DNA of 64,000 nt, taken from positions 1 through 64,000 of the forward strand of contig JAWLHY010000018.1 in NCBI GenBank assembly GCA_041690135.1, in the 5' to 3' direction. This DNA is from Armatimonadota bacterium (GTDB lineage: Bacteria; Armatimonadota; SYMT01). This document shows, piece by piece, positions 55,769 through 64,000 of the stretch; position 1 is the first letter of the stretch, and each line of letters begins with the position of its first letter. Below the pieces are notes generated by a model. The model searched no databases, was not told the origin of the DNA, and saw nothing but the letters and a program-made list of their open reading frames with translations. The translations under genes and the position numbers were made by a program.

Positions 55769-58275
55769 TCGTGTTGCCCTCCTCGATGGGGGATGGTGAA
55801 AAAGAAGGTTGTCCCTTCTCCCAACTGCGATTCCAGCCAGATTCGGCCGCCATGCCTCTCCACGATCCGCTTGCAGATCGCGAGGCCGATGCCCGTACCG
55901 GGATAGTCCGTTCGGCTGTGGAGCCGCTGAAAGATCAAGAAGATCCGCTCGGCGTACTGCGGCTCGATGCCGATACCGTTATCTCTAACGGAGAATACCC
56001 ACTCGTCCCCCTGCTGCGCGGCGCTCACATGGACTCTCGGCGGATCTTCGCCGTGGAACTTCACTGCGTTGCTGATGAGGTTCTGGAACAACTGACCGAT
56101 CTGGGTCCCATCCGCCAAAATCGTCGGCAGCGGCTCGTGGGTCACCGTTGCGCCGTTCTCCTCCAGCGTCGTTTGCATCCCGAACAGGACGCGGCTCAAC
56201 ACCGCCTCGCAATCCGTGGGGGCGAACTCCTTACCCATTCTGCCCACCCGCGAATAAGCCAGCAGGTCGTTGATCAGGTCCTGCATGCGCCGGACACCGT
56301 CCACGGTGTACCCGATGAACTCGTCGGCGTCCGCGTCCAGTTTGCCGCGGTAACGTCTTGCCAGCAACTGGGTGTAGCTGGCGACCATCCGCAGGGGTTC
56401 CTGGAGATCGTGGGAGGCGACGTAGGCGAACTGCTCCAGTTCCGCGTTGGAGCGGGCCAACTCCCGTGCCTGGCGTTCCAGTTCGCGTTGGGCCTCGCGA
56501 CGCTCGGTAATGTCGCGAATGGCGCCGGTTACCAGCACGCCTTCATCAGTTTCCAGGGGGCTCAAGCTGATCTCTACCGGGAACTCCGATCCGTCCTTCC
56601 GACGGCCGAACAGTTCCACTCCCAGGCCCATCGGTCGGGGCCTCGGTTCGCGGAAGTAGCCCGCTCGGTGCTCCAGGTGGCGTTCCCGGAACCGCTCCGG
56701 CAAGAGCAACTCGATTTCCTTGCCCAGCATCTCTTCGCGGCTGTAACCGAACATTCGCTCCATCTGCGTATTGACCAGTACGATGCGGCCGTTGCGGTCG
56801 GCGATCACCATCGCATCCGGAGCGGACTCCAGTAGGGCGCGGAAACGCTCTTCCGCCTTCTTCCGCTCGGTAATGTCGCGGATCACACTGATCACTACGG
56901 AGCCGTCCCCGTTCCGCAGTTTGCTGGGGCTAAGGCTGATTTCCACCGGGAACTCGGAGGCATCCTTCCGGCGAGCCAGCAGGGCCAGGCCGGCGCCCAT
57001 GGGGCGGGTGCGAGGATCTGCATGGTAGGAATCTCGCTGCTGCGCGTGCCCGGGCCGGAAGCGGTCCGGTATCAGCACCTCGATCGGCTGCCCGATGAGC
57101 TCGTCGCGGCCATACCCGAACTGCCGTTCCACCTGTCCATTGATGAGTACGATCCGCCCCTGCCGGTCGACGATGATAATCCCGTCGGGTGCGGATTCCA
57201 GCAAGTCGCGGAATTGTTCTTCCGCGGCTTCCGCCGCCGCGCGTGAGGCCTGTTCACGAGCGAGGAGCCGGGCGGCTGCGATCCATACCGACGCCTGGTT
57301 CGCAAAGATCATCGCCAGGTCGAGTTCGTCCGGGTCCGGAGCCAGCGTCACGCCGTTGCGGTCGCCCACCAGGAAACCGATTTCCTCGTCGTGCGCCCCG
57401 AGCGGTACGGCCACGGCGCTATAGACCCCCGCGCGCGCCGCCATATCCCCCGGCAGCAACCCCTCCCCTACCGGGTCCGCGCTCACCGCTACCTGGCCTT
57501 CGCAGGCCACGGTGGTGGCGAGGGGAAGTTCTTGCAGCGATTCCCGGATTCCCAGCAGGTCCGGATCGAAGCCGTGGACGGCCGCTACCTCGATTTCGCC
57601 CGTATCCCGGTTCCAGAACAACACCGCGGTTCGCTCGAGTTCCAGAAGCTGTGCCATTCGTTCCGTTACCAGGCGCAGCACGTGTGGAACGTCCGGCGCC
57701 GGTCCCAGGTCCTGGCTACACTGGTGGAGCGCGGAGAGGTAGCGGATCTTTCGCTGCGCAGCGCCGTAGAGTTCGGCATTGGCGACGGCCAACCCGATCT
57801 GGTTGACGAGCGCCAGCAAGAGCTCCTGGTCCCCTTGCGAAAAGTCGCGCACCTCTTTCGCGGCCATGGTGAGCGTTCCGAGAAGCATGCCCCGGTTGAG
57901 CAGGGGGGCACAGATGAAGGTGCGGTAACCATGCCGGGTCCAGGGAGATTCCTCTTGTGGTGTGTTCTGCAAATCTTCGAGCACCACCATGGACCGTCGC
58001 TGCGCGGCCAGGCCGATGACGCCGTCGCCGATACGGAACGTGTGCGAGAGTTCTTGTGCCAGTCTCACCGGAAGGCCCGAAAACGTCGCAAGGCGCAGCT
58101 TGCCTGTGGTCGGCTCGAGTAGCCGAACTGCGCCGCTGGGAAAGGCGAAGGCACCCAGCACCTCCTCCAGCGCGCGCGTCAGCACACCTTCCAGATTGAG
58201 GGAGGCGCTGATCGTGTTGGAGATGCTGAAGAAGGCCTCCAGGGTGGCCTGGGTGTTTGGCTCGCGGGGATTCAC
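55765..58275 (-). CDS. Cytoplasmic GAF-GAF-PAS-PAS sensor histidine kinase (Cph1-type transmitter)
   Basis: [16 protein letters not shown]; NAVKF; DNGIGI; GTGIGL; two [15 protein letters not shown] domains. Confidence 0.92.
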   Translation of the reverse strand: MNPREPNTQATLEAFFSISNTISASLNLEGVLTRALEEVLGAFAFPSGAVRLLEPTTGKLRLATFSGLPVRLAQELSHTFRIGDGVIGLAAQRRSMVVLEDLQNTPQEESPWTRHGYRTFICAPLLNRGMLLGTLTMAAKEVRDFSQGDQELLLALVNQIGLAVANAELYGAAQRKIRYLSALHQCSQDLGPAPDVPHVLRLVTERMAQLLELERTAVLFWNRDTGEIEVAAVHGFDPDLLGIRESLQELPLATTVACEGQVAVSADPVGEGLLPGDMAARAGVYSAVAVPLGAHDEEIGFLVGDRNGVTLAPDPDELDLAMIFANQASVWIAAARLLAREQASRAAAEAAEEQFRDLLESAPDGIIIVDRQGRIVLINGQVERQFGYGRDELIGQPIEVLIPDRFRPGHAQQRDSYHADPRTRPMGAGLALLARRKDASEFPVEISLSPSKLRNGDGSVVISVIRDITERKKAEERFRALLESAPDAMVIADRNGRIVLVNTQMERMFGYSREEMLGKEIELLLPERFRERHLEHRAGYFREPRPRPMGLGVELFGRRKDGSEFPVEISLSPLETDEGVLVTGAIRDITERREAQRELERQARELARSNAELEQFAYVASHDLQEPLRMVASYTQLLARRYRGKLDADADEFIGYTVDGVRRMQDLINDLLAYSRVGRMGKEFAPTDCEAVLSRVLFGMQTTLEENGATVTHEPLPTILADGTQIGQLFQNLISNAVKFHGEDPPRVHVSAAQQGDEWVFSVRDNGIGIEPQYAERIFLIFQRLHSRTDYPGTGIGLAICKRIVERHGGRIWLESQLGEGTTFFFTIPHRGGQHE

Positions 58276-58508
58276 GGGTTCTACTCGCTGCTACAATGCC
58301 GGACCTCCCTTTCAGAGTGCCCGGCTTGTACCCTTAACTTTCGGGGGAAAACGGATTAAAATAGCGGAAAGTCGCGCTCGTGTATTTTTTCACAAAGGAC
58401 TTGCCGGGCGCAATTCACAGATTTGCGGTTCCAGGGTAGCGATTTTGCCGCCCGCTGGGGATATGACTTCCCAGGACCGCGCTCATCGTGCGGTCAGAGG
58501 TACTCGAT

Positions 58509-59642
58509 ATGGCATTGGTCACTCTAGGAGGGCTCGCTCGTCAGGCGCGCCAGGCGCCCGTACAGGAGCCACTCCCTGATTACTATTTCGACGCTTCGGA
58601 CGAAGAGACCCATGAGAAGATCGGCGTGGCACGCGCCACGCTAGGGGATCGGGTCGTTATCCTGGGCCACCACTATCAGCGCGACGAGATCATCCGCTGG
58701 GCGGACTATATCGGGGACTCTTTCAAACTGGCCCAGTATGGCGCTCAGCGGAAGGACGCGGACTACATCGTCTTCTGCGGCGTGCACTTCATGGCGGAAA
58801 GCGCGGACATCCTCGCGGCGGACCACCAGCACGTCATCCTGCCGAATATGACGGCTGGTTGCTCGATGGCCGATATGGCGGATATCTACCAGGTGGAAGA
58901 TGCCTGGGCCGCCCTGACGCGGGTCATTTCCGACAAAATCATCCCCATCACCTACATGAACTCCGCGGCCAACCTCAAGGCATTCGTGGGGGAGCGGGAC
59001 GGCGCGGTTTGCACTTCGTCCAACGCCCGCACCGTGCTGACCTGGGCCTTCGAGCGGGGCCGGAAGGTGCTCTTCTTTCCGGATCAGCACCTTGGACGCA
59101 ACACCGCTTTGCGGATGGGTGTGCCTCCCGAGGAAATGGTCGTCTGGGACCCGTGGGCCCTGAACGGCGGCACCACGGAGGAAGCGCTGCGGAACGCGAA
59201 GGTGATCCTGTGGAAGGGCCACTGCTCGGTGCACGCCCGGTTTACCGTGGACCAGATCCGCGAGGCCCGCGAGCGCTATCCGGATATCCGGGTCATCGTC
59301 CATCCCGAGTGCGAACGGGAAGTCGTGGATGCCGCGGACGACTTCGGCTCGACGGAGAAGATCGTCAAGGTGGTCAACGAGGCCCCCGCCGGCACGAAGT
59401 TCGCCATCGGTACGGAGATCAACCTGGTCAACCGCCTGGCCCGCGAGCACCCGGACAAACTGATCTACTGCCTCGACCCGGTGGTCTGCCCCTGCAGCAC
59501 CATGTACCGGATTCACCCCGCCTATCTGCGCTGGGTGCTGGACAATCTGCTGGACGGGCGGGTGGTCAACGAGATCATCGTTCCCGACGCGATCAAGCAT
59601 TGGGCCCGCGTCGCTCTCGACCGTATGCTCGCCCTCGCCTAG
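58509..59642 (+). CDS. nadA: Quinolinate synthase
   Basis: GHHYQRDE; GDSF; FCGVHFMAE; AGCSMA; GHCSVH; HPEC; CPCSTM. Confidence 0.95.
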   Translation: MALVTLGGLARQARQAPVQEPLPDYYFDASDEETHEKIGVARATLGDRVVILGHHYQRDEIIRWADYIGDSFKLAQYGAQRKDADYIVFCGVHFMAESADILAADHQHVILPNMTAGCSMADMADIYQVEDAWAALTRVISDKIIPITYMNSAANLKAFVGERDGAVCTSSNARTVLTWAFERGRKVLFFPDQHLGRNTALRMGVPPEEMVVWDPWALNGGTTEEALRNAKVILWKGHCSVHARFTVDQIREARERYPDIRVIVHPECEREVVDAADDFGSTEKIVKVVNEAPAGTKFAIGTEINLVNRLAREHPDKLIYCLDPVVCPCSTMYRIHPAYLRWVLDNLLDGRVVNEIIVPDAIKHWARVALDRMLALA

Positions 59643-59662
59643 GTTCGGCATAGGTCACCGCA

Positions 59663-59693
59663 CGGCCAAGGACTGCCTTGCAGTCCTTGGCCG
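59663..59693. terminator. 14-bp GC-rich hairpin after nadA (no U tract)
   Basis: CGGCCAAGGACTGC-CTT-GCAGTCCTTGGCCG. Confidence 0.5.
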
Positions 59694-60097
59694 GGCCCCG
59701 GGTGCACCGCATTTCACCTCGCCTCTTTGCCGAACCAATCCCTCCTCGGCCTCAGAACCGCGGTTTCGCGCGTCTCCATACCGCGCCCCCGGCTTCGCCT
59801 AACACAGTTGGAGCAGCGCAACTCCGCCCCCACTCTGCCCCCACTCTGCCCCAGGCGGACCTGTTGGCTACCCAGTCGCCGAGCCCGAGTGAACCGGGTC
59901 CGGCTGTGTACACCCACTCCGGGGCGCACTCTGGAGAGATGCGAGGCCAGAACCCACGTGCATCACGGTGTAAGTAACAGGGACGCATGACCCCGCCGGG
60001 TGCACCGAATGGGTCTCCATCGGTGGTGATCATCTCCCACGGCGAAAACCGATCTCGCTTGTGAACTGTCCCTTACACCTCACGCACAAACACGTGA

Positions 60098-61558
60098 CTA
60101 CCGCTTCCGGTACTGTGTCATTGCAACGCCCGCGGGACCTGCCACCACGAAGGTTGTGCTCTGCCACTCGTTGATCTTGCACCCGAGGGCCCGTCCCAAT
60201 GCTCGGGAGACCCAGACGGAGCCCAGGGCCGCAGGGAAACCAACATAGGGGTGTGGAGCCGCTAAAAAGCACACGGGCGCACACAGGATGCCCAGGGTGA
60301 TTCCAAAGTTGCCACAGGTGGTTTCCGCGTCTTCCGTATTTGCGCCAATCAACCCGATGATTGCGTACAAGACCGGCCCGAGCGCCAGCCCCATAGCGCA
60401 GACGGTAAGGATGAGCGGCATCATTCGGCCGAGTTGGGACGCGGAAGTAACCAGCATGAAAAGCAGAAACGCATACACGGCGACGGCCAAGCCCCACCAC
60501 ACGCCCATGCCCATGCCCGCCAGGTAACAGTGGCCGTTCTGCTCGCCCTTCGTCATCGCCAATTCGGGGGCGTCCACTGCGGCCACTACCGCCCCTCCGC
60601 TCCCGGTGGCCAGGTGTGGACTGGGTGGTGGTGGCGGAGCGGTCTGCCCAGATGCCAGCCCTCCCGGCGGGCTCGGCGGAGGCGCCCAATCCCCCAGGGG
60701 CTGCATGCCTCCCGGGGGGCCTCCCGGCGCGCTGGGTGGCGGGGGTGGCGGGGCCCAATCGCCCAAGGGTTGCATCCCTCCAGGCGGTCCCGACACGGGT
60801 GGAGGCGCTCCATAGGGGGAGGGAGCGCTCGGAGTCGGTGGAGCGACGCCGCCCAGAGGTCCGGCAACCGGAGGCGGTGCACCGTAGGGAGAAGCGGAAG
60901 CGGGGGGCGGCGGAGCGGCTCCCATAGCCGGATACTGGGGCGGTGGTGCGCTTCCTCCTGGATTGGCTTGCGGTGGCGGCGGAGCCGAATAGGCCTGTGA
61001 TCCGGGAATCGCGAAATCGCCTAGCCCGGCCGGGGCGGCCGGGCTCCCGGAAGCTGGGGCTGATGCAGCGGCCGGGGGAGGATAGGCAGGCGGTTTGGCC
61101 GGAGTTGCGGCCGGGGGAGGATAGGCAGGCGGGTTGGCCGGAGTTGCGGCCGAAGGTGGATAGGCGGGCGGCGTCGCCGCCTGGGAAGGGACGCCTCTGG
61201 GTGCGGTCGCGGGCTCGCCCAACCGGCTCAGGGCCTGGCGCGCCTTTTCATGGTTGGCGTCCAGCACCAGGCACTGGCGGTAAGAGGCGACGGCTTCCTC
61301 CCGCTTTCCGCATTTTTCCAGGGCCATTCCCAGGTTATAGCGGATAGGAGCGGAGAGGGGCGCCAGTTGGCTCGCCTTGCCGAAGGCTTCCACGGCCTGC
61401 TGCGGCATGTTCAATTGGCCGTACGCGGCCCCGAGGTAGGCATGGGCTTGTGCATCCTGCGGGTTTTGCTGGACTGCCTGCGCGAGATGCTGCAGCGCTG
61501 TTTTGGGGTCTCCGGCCTGAAGGGCCTGGACGCCCGCATTGCGACTTGTTTCCGACAT
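60098..61558 (-). CDS. TPR + Pro-rich linker + C-terminal multi-TM membrane protein
   Basis: Three N-terminal TPRs (AHAYLGAAYG, IRYNLGMAL); PPAYPP repeats; hydrophobic C-terminus. Confidence 0.75.
   Translation of the reverse strand: MSETSRNAGVQALQAGDPKTALQHLAQAVQQNPQDAQAHAYLGAAYGQLNMPQQAVEAFGKASQLAPLSAPIRYNLGMALEKCGKREEAVASYRQCLVLDANHEKARQALSRLGEPATAPRGVPSQAATPPAYPPSAATPANPPAYPPPAATPAKPPAYPPPAAASAPASGSPAAPAGLGDFAIPGSQAYSAPPPPQANPGGSAPPPQYPAMGAAPPPPASASPYGAPPPVAGPLGGVAPPTPSAPSPYGAPPPVSGPPGGMQPLGDWAPPPPPPSAPGGPPGGMQPLGDWAPPPSPPGGLASGQTAPPPPPSPHLATGSGGAVVAAVDAPELAMTKGEQNGHCYLAGMGMGVWWGLAVAVYAFLLFMLVTSASQLGRMMPLILTVCAMGLALGPVLYAIIGLIGANTEDAETTCGNFGITLGILCAPVCFLAAPHPYVGFPAALGSVWVSRALGRALGCKINEWQSTTFVVAGPAGVAMTQYRKR
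61068..61172. repeat. 39-bp coding tandem repeat (about 2.7 copies; AATPA[NK]PPAYPPP)
   Basis: GCGGCCGGGGGAGGATAGGCAGGCGG[TG]TTGGCCGGAGTT units starting at 61068 and 61107, plus a degenerate partial unit at 61146. Confidence 0.8.
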
Positions 61559-61634
61559 GATGGGCTACACTCCCCAGTGTTAGCGAAAGCTGAGAATGCC
61601 TTCGCCAACCAACCGCGAACCTCCTTTCTTAATA

Positions 61635-62027
61635 ATGACGGAAGAGCTCAATTTCGGATACGCGCTAGACCGTTGGGTGGAATTGTTCAACACCGGGGCA
61701 TACTACGAGGCGCATGAAGTCGCTGAAGAAGTGTGGCATCGAGCCGCAGAGCCGGAGAAGACCTTCTTCAAAGGCCTGATTCACGCGGCCGTTTCCCTCT
61801 GCCATCTCACCCGGGGCAACGCTCACGGCGCACGGGTGAAGTACCACTCCTGCTGTCGCTACCTTTCGATCTACCGTCCCACCTGGGCCGGGCTGGACGT
61901 GGACGCGCTCCTCCGCGAGTTAGAGAGCTATCTCACTCCTCTGCTCGTCTTGCCCCCAGGCTCCCCCATCCCGGAACTTGGCCCCCACCCTCCCCAGGCC
62001 ACTTTTACTTCAGCGCCCACCGGATAA
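61635..62027 (+). CDS. DUF309 domain protein
   Basis: LFNTGAYYEAHEVAEEVW; KGLIHAAV..H..RGN..GA. Confidence 0.85.
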   Translation: MTEELNFGYALDRWVELFNTGAYYEAHEVAEEVWHRAAEPEKTFFKGLIHAAVSLCHLTRGNAHGARVKYHSCCRYLSIYRPTWAGLDVDALLRELESYLTPLLVLPPGSPIPELGPHPPQATFTSAPTG

Positions 62028-62112
62028 CAGTGCTCCATTTCACAGCCCTGCCCTGCGGCTACACCGCCAAGTTTGGGTATTACCGGCCGTAAGGGAGTTT
62101 GGAGCTAAACAA

Positions 62113-63228
62113 ATGGAACATCAGGAAAAGGAACATGTCCTGGCGGTAGCCGCCAGGTATCTTCGGCGTCGGTGGCGCGGCCCGGTGCGCACCGGGGGTC
62201 TGGTTTTGCTGTCGGCCGGGGTGGCCGGGGTCGCGGTCGATCGCCTGCTCCGTCCGGAGAAGATCGAGGCCGCGGGGCATCCGGCGCCGGTCTCGACTAC
62301 GGGAGTAGTGGAAAGTCAAATCGCGAAAGGTATCGGCGCTCCTTTTGACGCCCGCGTTCTGGACGTACCCGTCCGGAAGGGCGCGCCCGTTAAGCGCGGG
62401 GACGTGCTCTTCCGCCTGGATGCGGCTCCGCTTCGCAGCGAGCTTGCGCAGGCGAAGTCGGATGCTCAACTCGCGGCGGCGGCGCTTCGGGATGCGAAGG
62501 CCCGGCGGAGCGCGGAAGAGCGCGCTGCCCGGAAGGAGGTTCTTGCGCTGCGGGCGGAGGTGAAGCGCGATCGGCAGCAATATGAGGCGTGGCGCCATTC
62601 GGTGGCCCAGGCAATCTCGATACTGGAGAACCAGGGTACTGGCGCCGACGACGGCATGTCGGGTGGCGGGCTTGCGGGAAGCCGGTCGGCTTACGGCCTG
62701 GGGAACTCCTACGATACCAGCCGTCAACAAGAACTACAGGCTCGTCTGGCCCTGGCCGAGGAGCAGTTGAGCCAGATCCGCTCCAGTTGGGAGCCCATCG
62801 TCCAGGAAGCTGAGCGGCAGTCCGCCGCGATGCACCGGCAGGTAAAGACACTGGAGGGCCTGTTGGGCATGGCGGTCCGCCGCAGCCCCATCGATGGGGT
62901 CGTAACGAGCGTTTCCGTGCGCGCCGGAGAATGGGCCAACCGGGATCAGCCGCTGGTACGGGTGGACGACCCCGCAGGTTACCGCTTGATCACCCTGGTG
63001 GATCAGGACGTGCGCGACCAGGCTAAAGCCGCGGGTGAAATGTCTTTCAATGCGCATGGGCAGCCGGCCCAGGCCAGTCTGGAAAAGGTCGTTGCGGGTG
63101 AGGGAAAGGAGCTGTTCTACTACTACCTGTGGCTCAAACCCGAGAACCCGAACCGCCTCCACCCTGGTCAGAAGCTACCGGTGATCGTCCCCGTACCCGC
63201 ACCACGCCTGGCGTCGGTTGCTGAGTAA
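62113..63228 (+). CDS. HlyD-like periplasmic adaptor (membrane fusion) protein
   Basis: TM anchor; APFDARV..V.KG..VKRGDVL; coiled coil; RSPIDGVV....GE. Confidence 0.75.
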   Translation: MEHQEKEHVLAVAARYLRRRWRGPVRTGGLVLLSAGVAGVAVDRLLRPEKIEAAGHPAPVSTTGVVESQIAKGIGAPFDARVLDVPVRKGAPVKRGDVLFRLDAAPLRSELAQAKSDAQLAAAALRDAKARRSAEERAARKEVLALRAEVKRDRQQYEAWRHSVAQAISILENQGTGADDGMSGGGLAGSRSAYGLGNSYDTSRQQELQARLALAEEQLSQIRSSWEPIVQEAERQSAAMHRQVKTLEGLLGMAVRRSPIDGVVTSVSVRAGEWANRDQPLVRVDDPAGYRLITLVDQDVRDQAKAAGEMSFNAHGQPAQASLEKVVAGEGKELFYYYLWLKPENPNRLHPGQKLPVIVPVPAPRLASVAE

Positions 63229-63542
63229 CCATCCTTTCGCTTCTGCGAGCTAGAGATTAAGAGCCGGGGCTCCTATCCCGGCTCTCCCATAGGTTCGTCC
63301 GCCGGGCGGCATCGGATTGACCTTGTCTGCTCCGCACCGGCGGCGACCAGCGGAATCTACTCCCACTTTGGGGGATGTGAACCCGTAGAACAGATGGCGC
63401 GTTAGCTAGCCTTCCTTATTCGCACTTCTGTCACTCTTTATCCTCATCCTTATCGTGGCCTACCGACGAGGGATCGGCCCGTCCCTTGGAGAATCAGGTT
63501 TGATGGTGATTTCTTCAATGAGGCACGATGGGGGATCAGGAC

Positions 63543-64000
63543 GTGGACACTCCGATTTTCGATCTCAAGGGTCAGGTGGCCCTGGTTACCGGAGGGACCA
63601 GCGGCCTCGGCCGGGCAATTGCGGTGGCACTGGCCCGGGCGGGCGCCCAGGTGACGGTCGGCTCGCGGGATGCGGCGAAGATCGACGATACGCTGGGGGA
63701 ACTGGCTTCGCTGGGCACCGGTCACGGCGGGGTTCAACTGGACGTGGCGGATTTTGCTGCGGTGGACCGTGCCGTTGAGAGCGTGGTTGCCTCGCACGGG
63801 CGTCTCGATCTCCTCGTGAATGCCGCGGGCGTCACCCGCCGGACGCCCAGCCTGGATGTAACGATGGACGAGTTTGAGCAGATCGTACGCACGAACTATC
63901 TCGGTCTGTTCAAGTGCTGTCAGGCCGCCGCTCGCATCATGCGGGAGCAGGACGGCGGGTGCATTATCAATATTGCCAGCATCTCCGCCGCTTTTGGCTG
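63543..64000 (+). CDS. SDR family NAD(P)-dependent oxidoreductase (truncated by window end)
   Basis: My translation: VDTPIFDLKGQVALVTGGTSGLGRAIA...LDLLVNAAG...GCIINIASIS. Confidence 0.85.
   Translation, partial: MDTPIFDLKGQVALVTGGTSGLGRAIAVALARAGAQVTVGSRDAAKIDDTLGELASLGTGHGGVQLDVADFAAVDRAVESVVASHGRLDLLVNAAGVTRRTPSLDVTMDEFEQIVRTNYLGLFKCCQAAARIMREQDGGCIINIASISAAFG

Noticed and set aside
55765-58275. Bacteriophytochrome
   Set aside because: The transmitter is Cph1-like, but there is no PASDIP motif or PHY domain.
59694-60097. ORFs or ncRNA in the nadA-TPR convergent gap
   Set aside because: Only a short duplicated GCCCCCACTCT and no supportable coding or structural signal.
63365-63390. tRNA-like T-arm (GGGTTCACATCCC on the minus strand)
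   Set aside because: No acceptor, D or anticodon stems can be built around it.
1-64000. Genome-wide UGA reassignment (code 4 or 25)
   Set aside because: Many well-conserved genes end at TGA at their expected C-termini, several with GTGA start overlaps.

Overview
GC-rich bacterial chromosomal window with no rRNA, tRNA, CRISPR array or transposase that I could identify. The gene mix suggests a Terrabacteria-type soil organism such as Armatimonadota; this is an inference from a SigH-like sigma factor, a LysM + copper-amine-oxidase N-terminal protein, a planctomycete-type PSD1/DUF1501 pair and giant SBBP-FN3 surface proteins. Most genes are housekeeping: dinB, tldD, pfkA, cysH-sir, pepA, metF, nadA, two-component systems, MscS, CDF. 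The strongest hidden signal is two candidate selenoproteins that the ORF track breaks at in-frame TGA codons lying at conserved Cys positions, each followed by a bacterial SECIS-like hairpin. One is a DCC-family oxidoreductase (DEDCGM-UGA, 52115-52483) overlapping a CDF transporter with an atypical metal site. The other is an exported His-rich redoxin (CxxCxxC plus C-terminal G-UGA-PI, 16144-16842). Other points of interest: a signal peptidase I with Cys at the catalytic Ser position; a Trm112-like zinc-ribbon domain with no canonical start codon; an in-frame ~320 bp insertion bracketed by inverted heptamer repeats inside a PSD1 gene; a degenerate class III cyclase; an Rrf2-like operator before sir-cysH; and two tandem giant SBBP/FN3 proteins.
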